Source of the DNA: Desulfobacterales bacterium
GTDB taxonomy: Bacteria; Desulfobacterota; Desulfobacteria; Desulfobacterales; UBA5852
DNA length: 64,000 nucleotides
Assembly: GCA_963674755.2 (NCBI GenBank)
Contig: CAXXVS010000002.1
Coordinates: forward strand, 32,001 to 96,000
Reading direction: 5' to 3'
Shown: piece by piece, positions 38,164 to 47,065 of the stretch
Numbering within the stretch: the stretch's first letter is position 1
Layout: each line of letters opens with the position of its first letter
Notes under the pieces: generated by a model
Databases searched by the model: none
Told to the model about the DNA's origin: nothing
Seen by the model: only the letters and a program-made list of their open reading frames with translations
Translations under genes and position numbers: made by a program

Positions 38164-39428
38164 CGCAGTTGTCCGGTTTCTTGTCGACTATCGCGTCCCG
38201 CAGCCCCTTCAACGGCACGGCCATTCAGCGCGAACCTGCAAGCCTCTTCCAATCCTGATGCGTTGGCTGCAAAAGAAAAGCGTGCTACATGCTTGTGCGC
38301 TGCTGTGGCGATACGCTTCCTCAGTTCGGAATCTTTTAGGAGTTTTAAATGCCCGGCAACCGTATCGACGCCTCCAACAGGGACGCGAAAACCGGTTTCT
38401 CCCTCAATAACAAGATCTCGGGATGTCCCGATTATTTCTGACACGATGACAGCGTTTGAAAAATTCATCGCTTCGTTCAATGCTTTTGGCGATGGATCAT
38501 ATTCGGAAAGGAGACAAAAAATGTCTGAAATAGAGTAGTAACGGCTGATCTCGGATTGGTTGACGAATCCGAGATGCACAGTGTGGATTTCATGGGCTTT
38601 TGCGACCGAAAGTAATTCGTCGCGTTGAGGACCGTCCCCCATAATGAGAAATGTAAAGGATTTCGGTCCAGCCCTCCGAATTGCTTCGAGCACATCCCCG
38701 GGCCGTTTTCTGCCAGTCAGACGCCCACAAAAAAGCACAACCAGGTTGTCTTCCGGGATGCCGAGTTCTGCTTTGGTCTGCAATTTTTTTGGGCGGTAGA
38801 TATCGTCCTGGGTGCGGAAAAAATCGTTATCTACAGCACATAGAAAGGGAAAGAGTTGTTCTGCACAAAGACCATGGTGAATCAAGAATTCCTTATTGCC
38901 TGAGCAGGTGTACATTACGGCATCACACCTTCGTAAAAACGCTTTAACCATCGCATCCCGCATGAAGTTACGAACTGCACCCACAAGTTGACCAGGTTTG
39001 AGCGTTACCTCGCCGCGCCAAATGACTTTGATACCAAGGTGGCGCGCCGAAAAAAGCGCAATCCAAAAAGATAAAATCGAGTAACCCTGTATGAGGATCG
39101 CGTCAAATCGCCCACGCTTTAAAGCCGAGAATAGCCCAATGTTGATACGCGATCCGAAACCAGACTTATTGTTGAGGGCGTAGTTCGGTAGAAATTCATA
39201 GGCATGCCCGTCCAGCAACGGTATATCCCACTCGATTTTAGTTCCGAATTCTTTGTCGTAGACACCTTTAAGTCCGAGGGTGTCAAGATACAGCACTTTT
39301 CCGTCAAATGCCGGCAAACTGCAAATGTTACTGTACAACGGAGAGTGATACTGCACAGGGTGCATCGCAAGAATCGCCAAGCGAATGGGGCGAGCATCCT
39401 TTTCGTGCGCTATAGATTCATATGGCAA
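38160..39428 (-). CDS. Glycosyltransferase family 4
   Basis: HPVQY..PL, WDIPLLDG, VDNDFF, F.GRL..RK.P, GFVNQSE, NEAM. Confidence 0.92.
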   Translation of the reverse strand: MPYESIAHEKDARPIRLAILAMHPVQYHSPLYSNICSLPAFDGKVLYLDTLGLKGVYDKEFGTKIEWDIPLLDGHAYEFLPNYALNNKSGFGSRINIGLFSALKRGRFDAILIQGYSILSFWIALFSARHLGIKVIWRGEVTLKPGQLVGAVRNFMRDAMVKAFLRRCDAVMYTCSGNKEFLIHHGLCAEQLFPFLCAVDNDFFRTQDDIYRPKKLQTKAELGIPEDNLVVLFCGRLTGRKRPGDVLEAIRRAGPKSFTFLIMGDGPQRDELLSVAKAHEIHTVHLGFVNQSEISRYYSISDIFCLLSEYDPSPKALNEAMNFSNAVIVSEIIGTSRDLVIEGETGFRVPVGGVDTVAGHLKLLKDSELRKRIATAAHKHVARFSFAANASGLEEACRFALNGRAVEGAAGRDSRQETGQLR

Positions 39429-39547
39429 GAGAGACTTTTCCTATAGAAAAAGAATGCGGCATGATTGAGTTGGAGGCGCTTGCTCTTAACAGGTTCTTCA
39501 AGAAAAACGATTGAAAAACGGCCAGTCTGTCACACACAAGGATTTTC

Positions 39548-41422
39548 CTACCACTCACCGGTTCCTGCATAGTTCCAAACAGAGTAAGCCCACCGCCTCG
39601 CCCATCGGCACTTTGGCTTTGCAAGTTTTTCAATCGTCTTCCAGGCTTGGGAGCGCTCGTCGGATTTCAGCCATTCAGCGATTGGAGTCGAGAAGCCCGT
39701 CTTTGCCCGATTGGTTACAGGTGCTGGCAGGGGTTGCACCGGTGCCGATGCGAGGAGCGATTTCCCCTTATTCTGCGCAAAACCGGAGACAAGTGCGGGG
39801 GATGTCTCTTCGAGAAGTATCTTGTCTACGAGTGGCACCCTGACCTCGAGCGAATGGGCCATGCTCGCCCAATCCGAATCGCGAAGCAACTGGTTCCGCA
39901 TGTAGAGCTCCGCTTCGAGTGCCGCGACTTTGCCGAATGGCGAGCGCGGCCCATCGCTTAATAAATCGGAGATCAGAGCAATCGGTTGTAACTCCCGTAG
40001 GCCGGCGGCAACGAACTCGGGCTCTAAAATAGCGTCGAGTTCGTCCGGCATGAAGACCCCTCTACGTACAAGATAAGCACCGGGATAGGTGCCGCCGTAG
40101 GTAAGTAGAGCGGCGATCTTCGGGTCGATGGCCTCGCCACTCAGCCGCTGCGCTCCCATGATCAGAGGCGCCAGCCAGGAGGTTCCGTCGTGGCGTATAC
40201 CCATTCGACCTAGAATGCTGACCGATCGTGGGACGTCGCGAAACGCTGGATAGCCGCCGAACAGTTCATCGCCACCCAGTCCGGAAATCGCCACCTTGAG
40301 TCCGAGTTCGTGTGCGGCCTTGCTGACGAACCAGGTGTTAAGGCCGTCGATGGTCGGCTGATCCATCGCGTCGAGTATTTTTGACAAATCTTCAAGGAAT
40401 TCTTTCCGAGAAACGCCTCTGCTCGTGTGACTGGCACCGTAACGACGGGCGATTTCCGCTGCCAGTGGTGCCTCGTCGTCATGTCTACCCTGAAATTCCT
40501 CGAAGTAGAGCGTTACGGTGTTGATTTCATGATCAGTCGCATCGCGCATCAAGCCAAGCAGGGCGCCAGAATCGATCCCCGCCGATAGAAACAGCCCCAC
40601 GGGGACGTCGGCCACCAGGTGATGGCGGACGCTGTCGGCGAGGCTGCGGCGGACCGTCTCGGTTACAAGCTCATCGTCCGGCTTTTCCCCTTTAGAAGCT
40701 GCTTCATTCGACCGAATTTCGGCCTGGGCAATTAAGTGACTGATCGAGCAATAGGGCATAATGCGCGGGTTGTCATTTGCCTCGACGATCATTGTTGTTC
40801 CTGCGGGCAATGCACGGATGGCGCGGCACCAGGTGAATGGCTCTGGTACCGAGCCGAACAAATAGAAACCGACGACGCCCGCCGGATCCACATCCTTCGC
40901 GATTTCTCCTCCGGCCAACAGCGACTTGACTTGGGATGCGAAGGTGATGCCTTTCGCGCTGTCGACGTAGTAGAGTGGCTTGATGCCGTAAGGATCGCGC
41001 GCGAGCATTAAGCGGCGTTTTTGGCGCTCGAATATCGCGAAGGCGAACATGCCTCGCAATCGCTCGACCATTGCGGGTCCATAAGCGTCGTAGAGATGCA
41101 ACAGGACTTCCGTGTCTGAGGTTGTTCTGAAGACATACCCACGCGCAATAAGGCCATCTCGGAGGATTTGGTAGTTATAGATTTCTCCATTGAATGTGAC
41201 GACCAGTCGCCCATCCGGCGTTTGCATCGGCTGTGATGCGCGCTCGGAAACATCGATGATCGAAAGCCGCCGATGCACAAAGCCGACGGACGCTTCCGTC
41301 TCTTCGATCCAAAGTCCATCACCGTCGGGCCCACGGCGGGACATGTGTTGCGAAATTGCCGCGAGTTCGATTTCGTTGACGCGTCCGCCCGCGTATCGGA
41401 ATTGACCACCGATCCCGCACAT
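39548..41422 (-). CDS. asnB: Glutamine-hydrolyzing asparagine-synthase-like amidotransferase, probably polysaccharide amidation
   Basis: MCGI (catalytic Cys2), RGPD, HRRLSIID, FNGEIYN, FLSAGIDS, SGLGGDELFGGY, SMAHSLEVRVP. Confidence 0.93.
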   Translation of the reverse strand: MCGIGGQFRYAGGRVNEIELAAISQHMSRRGPDGDGLWIEETEASVGFVHRRLSIIDVSERASQPMQTPDGRLVVTFNGEIYNYQILRDGLIARGYVFRTTSDTEVLLHLYDAYGPAMVERLRGMFAFAIFERQKRRLMLARDPYGIKPLYYVDSAKGITFASQVKSLLAGGEIAKDVDPAGVVGFYLFGSVPEPFTWCRAIRALPAGTTMIVEANDNPRIMPYCSISHLIAQAEIRSNEAASKGEKPDDELVTETVRRSLADSVRHHLVADVPVGLFLSAGIDSGALLGLMRDATDHEINTVTLYFEEFQGRHDDEAPLAAEIARRYGASHTSRGVSRKEFLEDLSKILDAMDQPTIDGLNTWFVSKAAHELGLKVAISGLGGDELFGGYPAFRDVPRSVSILGRMGIRHDGTSWLAPLIMGAQRLSGEAIDPKIAALLTYGGTYPGAYLVRRGVFMPDELDAILEPEFVAAGLRELQPIALISDLLSDGPRSPFGKVAALEAELYMRNQLLRDSDWASMAHSLEVRVPLVDKILLEETSPALVSGFAQNKGKSLLASAPVQPLPAPVTNRAKTGFSTPIAEWLKSDERSQAWKTIEKLAKPKCRWARRWAYSVWNYAGTGEW

Positions 41423-42510
41423 CAGCCAAGCACCTCAATCAATCGATTCTTGAATGCGCTGTACCGGAATTCCGCTTGCCAGCGTTCCTGGCCAGCGCGG
41501 CCCATATTGCTTGAGCGATCCGGGTTTCCCAGCAGGTCGATCAAGCGCTCTTCCAAAGCGTCTTTGCTGTTGAGGTCGATGTTGTAACCAGTGACTCCAT
41601 CAAGATTAACCTCTTGTCCGGCGTCGTGAACCGATGCAATAACGGGTATTCCATGACGCATTGCTTCGATATACACCAGCCCAAAACCTTCACCACGCGA
41701 GGGCATTGCAAAAACGTGTGCCTGTGACCATACTTGCGCTAACTCGGCCTCGCTCAAAAAGCCTTTGACATCGATATTCGTTGAGGCACTCGAATTTGCC
41801 GCATGCGTGATGATTGAGTCTTTCCCTGTTCCACTGCCGACAATGACGAGTCGGGCGTCTGGAACAGCAGAAACGATTTTTGGCCAGACCTCGATGATTT
41901 CGCGATGTCCCTTATACAGGTTACCGTCATCCATGCGCGCAACGATCAACGCGGTTGGTGGTCCGCTAAACGTTGCGGGCATTGAGGATGGTTTGTCCTC
42001 CTCGGTCCCCAACTGGCAGACTCGAGCCTGTTGTAGCGTACCATGCTTTTCTTCGAACCTGGCAAGCGTGTAGCTCGAGTTTGACAACACAAGGCCGGCG
42101 CGCCGTAGTACGTTTTTACGCTCCGTAGAAAGATCGCCCCAAACCTCAATTCCATGTATCCACACAACGTATGACCGTTTAAAACCCGGCAATCGCGGAT
42201 GGGCGCGTGCTGTGCCCAGAAAGTCGTAGATAAAACCGCCATGGGTTATTGCCGCCGCATGGCAATGTGCCAAAAAACGTACTTTACTTCCGTATGCCCT
42301 ACTCGCGACTCTACCAGCTACTTCAACCGGCGCCTCGTCGGATAAGGACAGAAGTGAAACATCCACCCCTGTCTCGATTAGCGCGCGCGCTGTGTTTCTC
42401 GCCACGCGGGCGATGCCACCCAGACCGGGGGTAAACAGTGCCGCAGCAACATGGATTTTCTGCGTGAGTGGTACGAATGCAGGGACGCTATTCACATTTT
42501 CACATTCCAT
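41422..42510 (-). CDS. Glycosyltransferase family 4
   Basis: GGI.R, HG.EVW, SNS.YT, YKGH, MPSRGEGFGLVYIEAM. Confidence 0.92.
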   Translation of the reverse strand: MECENVNSVPAFVPLTQKIHVAAALFTPGLGGIARVARNTARALIETGVDVSLLSLSDEAPVEVAGRVASRAYGSKVRFLAHCHAAAITHGGFIYDFLGTARAHPRLPGFKRSYVVWIHGIEVWGDLSTERKNVLRRAGLVLSNSSYTLARFEEKHGTLQQARVCQLGTEEDKPSSMPATFSGPPTALIVARMDDGNLYKGHREIIEVWPKIVSAVPDARLVIVGSGTGKDSIITHAANSSASTNIDVKGFLSEAELAQVWSQAHVFAMPSRGEGFGLVYIEAMRHGIPVIASVHDAGQEVNLDGVTGYNIDLNSKDALEERLIDLLGNPDRSSNMGRAGQERWQAEFRYSAFKNRLIEVLG

Positions 42511-43369
42511 CTATCCATTCAGTTATTTCATGTTGCACTTCCGGCAGCAGGGAATAGTTTCTTGGATAGCAGAGACTGTATGCCGGCAGGTGTTGCGTCA
42601 TATCTGCCATGCTGTCGAACAGGGCTATATTTTTTTTCTGATCCGTTACATCGAGTTGGAATGATTGTTTTATCAGGTTCATCAAGGCGGTTTGTTTGCT
42701 GATCGGCGAAATGTTTATTTGGCTGTTGTTCTTGCAAGCATCTCGATCTTCAAGAATGAAGACAGCCTTTAGCGGAAGCACCGTATTGATGGTCTCGCTG
42801 CCGGAGGTGAGCCGTTTTTTGGATGAATAGTATGCCATCGGCGCTAGTGCGGGGGCGGTTGCAAAAAGCGCTTCCAAGGAATCCGGCCAAAGCCTTGGGC
42901 CTGCGTCGAATGGCGTCAGCGTCACATGCCGGTTTTCCAGGTTGAGCTGGATGCAGTCGTCGGCCAGCAAGGGCGTTCCCTGCTGATGAAAGGCAGCGGC
43001 CAGGGTCGATTTGCCGTAGCCTGTCTCACCGATGAAGGCCACGGCTTGATCATCGATGGACACGGCGCTGGCGTGGACCATGATATGGCCCTGGTGGCTC
43101 AAGATCCGCGGCAGGACCTGGTCCCCAAAATAGTGGTCGATGGTGTCCTGGGTCGCATCGGACGCCGGATGGCACACAATATCCAGGCCGTTTTCTGAAA
43201 CGAGAAAGTCGGTCTGGTCCGGGAACCTCAGGAGATAGCCGAAGGCGGAGCGGGCCAGGGAGAGGGTGATTTCGCCATCGGGCAATTTCCAGTGGTGGAT
43301 CCAGCGATGGTTCCCATCGCCGGATAATCTTGTATTTTTAATGTTGAATTTTAAATTGGGGGGAATCAA
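42500..43369 (-). CDS. HPr-kinase-like lasso peptide kinase (PadeK/PsmK-type); 5' end uncertain
   Basis: VHASAV, FIGETGYGKSTLAAAF, LADD, PRLWPDS; adjacent to lasso precursors. Confidence 0.85.
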   Translation of the reverse strand: MIPPNLKFNIKNTRLSGDGNHRWIHHWKLPDGEITLSLARSAFGYLLRFPDQTDFLVSENGLDIVCHPASDATQDTIDHYFGDQVLPRILSHQGHIMVHASAVSIDDQAVAFIGETGYGKSTLAAAFHQQGTPLLADDCIQLNLENRHVTLTPFDAGPRLWPDSLEALFATAPALAPMAYYSSKKRLTSGSETINTVLPLKAVFILEDRDACKNNSQINISPISKQTALMNLIKQSFQLDVTDQKKNIALFDSMADMTQHLPAYSLCYPRNYSLLPEVQHEITEWIDGM

Positions 43370-43552
43370 TAGAAGCTATATTTGAATACAGTATGTTGAA
43401 TTCTGAATTGCCGGAAAAAACCCTTAATAAGTTTGAGTTATGGGTATATAAATTCATACTTTATGAAGCGGTGTTAGTGGTATTAATTTACTGCGTTCCC
43501 CCGAGTGGTGATGCTATCGCGGTCAGCGAACTTTTTTGGGATACGACAACGA

Positions 43553-43717
43553 TCAGGAACGTCTACCCGGATCATCCCGATGCCACCAACCTTCACGCCA
43601 TCCCCTTGATCCAGCGGCGGTCAATTCGCGGATGTTGCCATACTCTCTTAGAGATGGGCTTTGGTACGTTTTCTTAAGTTCCTCGTTTGACAATATTTTT
43701 CCTTCGGCGATTTTCAT
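43553..43717 (-). CDS. Lasso peptide precursor A2 (54 aa; not in ORF track)
   Basis: MKIAEGKILSNEELKKTYQSPSLREYGNIRELTA|AGSRGWREGWWHRDDPGRRS*; YxxPxL and G...LT(-2) leader motifs, Glu8 acceptor, C-terminal Ser; alternative ATG at 43729. Confidence 0.9.
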   Translation of the reverse strand: MKIAEGKILSNEELKKTYQSPSLREYGNIRELTAAGSRGWREGWWHRDDPGRRS

Positions 43718-43803
43718 TTTTAAACCCATCTTTTATTGTTGGATACGGGGTTATGAGTTTTGAACGTGGAGTGATGTGTTTGAGATTGCCAGCAAGTTTT
43801 AGC

Positions 43804-43959
43804 TCAGGGGTACCGATGCCTTTGCTGTGGCCAGTTTTCTGGTTTTCGGCCTGAGCCGCCGGCGGTCAGGTCGCAGATGCGACCGTATTCCCTTAGCTCC
43901 GGCGGTCGGTAGTTCTTTTTAGGGCGGGTTTTCTTATTGGCGGTTATGTTGTCGGTCAT
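43804..43959 (-). CDS. Lasso peptide precursor A1 (51 aa; not in ORF track)
   Basis: MTDNITANKKTRPKKNYRPPELREYGRICDLTA|GGSGRKPENWPQQRHRYP*; YxxPxL and G...LT(-2) leader motifs, Gly1/Glu8. Confidence 0.9.
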   Translation of the reverse strand: MTDNITANKKTRPKKNYRPPELREYGRICDLTAGGSGRKPENWPQQRHRYP

Positions 43960-44112
43960 ATGCACAAATCGTTCTGAGGCTGCGGACGTCGCGTTATTAT
44001 CTTCCGTTATGATGGCGAATGATTACTAATTATCTTTTTGCCATTCGTAGTACCTAAGCAGGCGTTGTGTCAAATGATTACTTTTTCGGGCATCGGGCAT
44101 CAAATGCGTCAT

Positions 44113-46032
44113 TCAGCCCTCATAATTGTGGTCCTTCCATGCGATAAGCGCTGCGGCTTCCCACACGTATTGTCGATCGTTGTCCGAGGCGGCGCCGTTT
44201 TGGAAATTTTGGTTGGCCTGGCGGATTTTGGGTTCATCCACGTAGTCGCTGACTTCGGAAAGATCTTGCGTGATGGTCCGGTTCAGGTGGGTCTTGTGGC
44301 TGTTCATCAGGGCGGTGATGAATTGCCAACCCAAATGGTTTTTGTCGGTGCGAAAACAGACGTCCCGCGGCAGGTAGCGGGACATGGATCGGCGCAGGAG
44401 GTATTTCGACCACCCCCGGCGGTCTTTCTGGTCCAGGGGCAGGGAGAGGTAAAATTCCACCAAACGCCGGTCGGTGTATGGGCAGCGAGGTTCGATGCCG
44501 AACCGGGCCGCGACGCGGTCGTAGCGTTCCAGGCCCACGGTCAAGTAAGGATGGAGCAACTTTTGCGCGTGGGCCTGGATCGGGTCTTTGACCAGGCCGA
44601 TGGGGTGATGGCGCCGCAGCTGGTGGAGGCGGTCTTCGAGGCCGATCCGTTGGGCGAACTCCGGACGGATGGCCGACTCTTTCATGGCCTCACAGTAGTC
44701 GTTGCCGGCCGGCCAAAAACGGCGTTTGACCTTGCGCAGGCGGTCCGTGACAAATGCGGCCCGGGCATTGGCGTGGAGCAGGTGCCAGGGGGAATCATAC
44801 GCCCCGGCCGTGGTGTCTTTCCGGAAGGCGTCGGCCAGCACCGCGAGCCAGCGGCCCTGCCTGAGAAGGTAGGCCAAGTAGTCGGTGCCGTAAGAGCAAA
44901 GGTTGTCCCCGGCCACGCCGTCAAGCAGGGTTTTGCAGCCCTGCGCCCGGGCGGCACCGTACAGGGCGCCCGGCAGGACCATGAAGATGTCGAAAGGATT
45001 GTCCGTCGGCGCCACGGCCTGTCCGAGGTCCTCGAAAAAGGGGCCGGGTTGATTTACGGCAACCAGGTGCGATGTCTGGGTGCCGCTGTCGATGACGCGC
45101 CGGATGAAATGGGTCTCCGGGCAGGTGATGCGATCCGGCGTCACGGCGGAAAAGGTTTGCAGGCGCGTCCGGCCGGTCTGGTTTAGGATGTTGCGGCCAA
45201 TGGCCACCACCGCCGAGGAATCCATGCCGCCACTGAGCATGGAGGCCGGAGGGGTGGGGCTGCGCAGGCGGCAGCGAACGGCCTGGGTGAAAATTTCCAG
45301 AAAGGCTTCGGTGTATTGGGCGTCGGACGGCAAGAACGTTTTTTTAGTGACGTCGGGTTCCCAATAAGTCTGGGTGCGCAGGCCGTTGCGGTCCACGGTG
45401 ATCCAGCAGGCCGGCGGCAGACGATGGATGTTGGCGGAAAAGGTGCTCGTTTTGTCGATGCCCTCCAACTCGGAGACCAGAAAATCGGCGATGCGCCCTT
45501 CGTTGATCCGCAAGGGTACGGCGGGCAGGGCCCGCAAGGCGTTTTCTTCCGAGGCCAGGGCAAAGAGCCTGTTGGGCTGGTGGTGGTAATAAATCGGTTT
45601 GACCCCCAGGGCGTCCCGGGCGGCAAAGAGGCGCTGTTGGGTGCCGTCCCAGATGACAAAGGCGAAATCACCGATGAGTCTCAAGGGGGCGGCCGTGCCC
45701 CAGCACCGGTAGGCCTCGATGATCAGTTCGCCATCGCCCATGGGGGCCGCAGCGCCGGCGGCCAGGCCGAGGTTGCGAATCAATTCGTCGCGGTTGTCGA
45801 TGCGGGCATCGGCGATGATGGTCATCGGGGATAGCGAGTGGGTCAGGGGCATGTGTTCGGTGAGGGATTCCGGGGTCGTAAAAAGGGCGCCCCAGGCCAG
45901 GCCCACGGGCCCGCTGATCCAGGCGGCGCTGCCGTCCGGTCCTCGATGCGCCTGCATGTCGAGCATGAGCTGGAGATCGGCGGTCGATGCGGGCTTGTCG
46001 TTCAGGTGATATATGCCGGCGATGGCTGCCAT
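44113..46032 (-). CDS. Lasso peptide cyclase (C protein, asparagine-synthase-like)
   Basis: MAAIAG (no catalytic Cys2), HRGPDG, DARIDNR.EL, LIGDFAF, LSGGMDSS, E.R.PY.DRRLVEF; adjacent to B1/B2. Confidence 0.92.
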   Translation of the reverse strand: MAAIAGIYHLNDKPASTADLQLMLDMQAHRGPDGSAAWISGPVGLAWGALFTTPESLTEHMPLTHSLSPMTIIADARIDNRDELIRNLGLAAGAAAPMGDGELIIEAYRCWGTAAPLRLIGDFAFVIWDGTQQRLFAARDALGVKPIYYHHQPNRLFALASEENALRALPAVPLRINEGRIADFLVSELEGIDKTSTFSANIHRLPPACWITVDRNGLRTQTYWEPDVTKKTFLPSDAQYTEAFLEIFTQAVRCRLRSPTPPASMLSGGMDSSAVVAIGRNILNQTGRTRLQTFSAVTPDRITCPETHFIRRVIDSGTQTSHLVAVNQPGPFFEDLGQAVAPTDNPFDIFMVLPGALYGAARAQGCKTLLDGVAGDNLCSYGTDYLAYLLRQGRWLAVLADAFRKDTTAGAYDSPWHLLHANARAAFVTDRLRKVKRRFWPAGNDYCEAMKESAIRPEFAQRIGLEDRLHQLRRHHPIGLVKDPIQAHAQKLLHPYLTVGLERYDRVAARFGIEPRCPYTDRRLVEFYLSLPLDQKDRRGWSKYLLRRSMSRYLPRDVCFRTDKNHLGWQFITALMNSHKTHLNRTITQDLSEVSDYVDEPKIRQANQNFQNGAASDNDRQYVWEAAALIAWKDHNYEG

Positions 46033-46473
46033 AGTGTCCATCCAGAAAGGGCATCTTTTAGCCCCTGGCGGCGTTCTCGCCTCCTGTCGGTCCTCGGCGT
46101 AGCCAAGCTACGCCTGTGGGCACCCACCGTTGAAGAATCAATCAGATGGGAAGTCCCGCTCAGCGGGACGCCAGTCGGCTGCGGCCTTGCCAGGAACCAA
46201 AATCTACCCTTTCTGGACGGACACTTTTGCTTATCCAAAAAAAGCATCTTTTAGCCCCTGGCGGCGTTCTCGCTTCCTGTCGGTCCTCGGCGTAGCCAAG
46301 CTACGCCTGTGGGCACCCACCGTTGAAGAATCAATCAGATGGGAAGTCCCGCTCAGCGGGACGCCTGTCGGCTGCGGTTTGTTGAACACCGATGTTTTTG
46401 AAGATCAGACGTGAAATCCCGCGCTGTGCTGCGGGACCGGGAACCAAAACCTACCATCTCCGGACGGACACTA
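46032..46473. mobile_element. Two tandem MITE-like elements (AGTGTCCATCCAGAAA/TTTCTGGACGGACACT ends)
   Basis: 134-bp near-identical direct repeat 46051-46184 vs 46244-46377 (2 mismatches by eye); terminal inverted repeats; TA at outer ends. Confidence 0.8.
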
Positions 46474-46955
46474 TTCAAAAGCAAAGCGAATTTTATCCGG
46501 ACGTCCGGGTTCTCATGCAAGGGTTGGCCCTGGTATTCGACCCAGGCGTGGGCTTGAATGGTGCGGCTGTTTTTTTGGACCCCGATGCAAATGTCGCTGT
46601 CGATGCACTGACGGCGCAGCAGGCTCCAGAGGGTCAGGGAACGGGGCAGGCAGTTGGCGCGGCCGAGCCGGGTTTGAGCGGCCCGGTGGACCATTTGGGC
46701 TGCGGTCTGGGCGATATTGTCCGCGTTGGCTTGTCTTCCCCAAGGTGCTGTCTGTCGGCCGGTGACCCACGTTAGCAGATGGTGGAGCCTTTGGTAGCCC
46801 AGGGTTTTCAAACCGATCCTTACCAGGGGAAGGCTTACAAGAGCCTGGAGGAAGAACCGTTTTTCCTGGCAGGAAAGGGATTGGAATAATGACGGCCCTC
46901 TAAAAAGTCCGACCCGCCGCGATAAAGGCGGATGAATATCTGCGTTACGCTTCAT
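46353..46955 (-). CDS. Lasso peptide leader peptidase B2 (transglutaminase-like)
   Basis: ANCLPRSL (Cys), IGV, AHAWVE (His); both termini run into repeat elements. Confidence 0.92.
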   Translation of the reverse strand: MKRNADIHPPLSRRVGLFRGPSLFQSLSCQEKRFFLQALVSLPLVRIGLKTLGYQRLHHLLTWVTGRQTAPWGRQANADNIAQTAAQMVHRAAQTRLGRANCLPRSLTLWSLLRRQCIDSDICIGVQKNSRTIQAHAWVEYQGQPLHENPDVRIKFALLLNSVRPEMVGFGSRSRSTARDFTSDLQKHRCSTNRSRQASR

Positions 46956-47040
46956 TTCTCGCCACTGCGGCCTACGCGAAGTGCGCCTCTTTCCTCAAGA
47001 TTCGCAAGTCTTGTGGTCTCAAACGTCATACGAAACCGTC
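46891..47040. mobile_element. 150-bp MITE-like element (GACGG...CCGTC ends) at the B1/B2 junction
   Basis: GACGGCCCTCTAAAAAGTCC ... CATACGAAACCGTC; internal CTGCGGCCTAC..GTGCGCCT like element 396-518. Confidence 0.7.
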
Positions 47041-47065
47041 TGGATTTCGACTGGTCAGGAAGCCA

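Noticed and set aside
39548..41422. Second lasso cyclase
   Set aside because: Retains MCGI catalytic Cys and intact glutaminase motifs and sits among GTs; better explained as a polysaccharide amidotransferase
43488..43550. Third lasso precursor (LTA-IASPLGGTQ on minus strand)
   Set aside because: No YxxPxL leader motif, no suitable start, no Asp/Glu acceptor at core position 7-9
46051..46377. Direct repeat as CRISPR array
   Set aside because: Only two 134-bp units with terminal inverted repeats, no unique spacers, no cas genes
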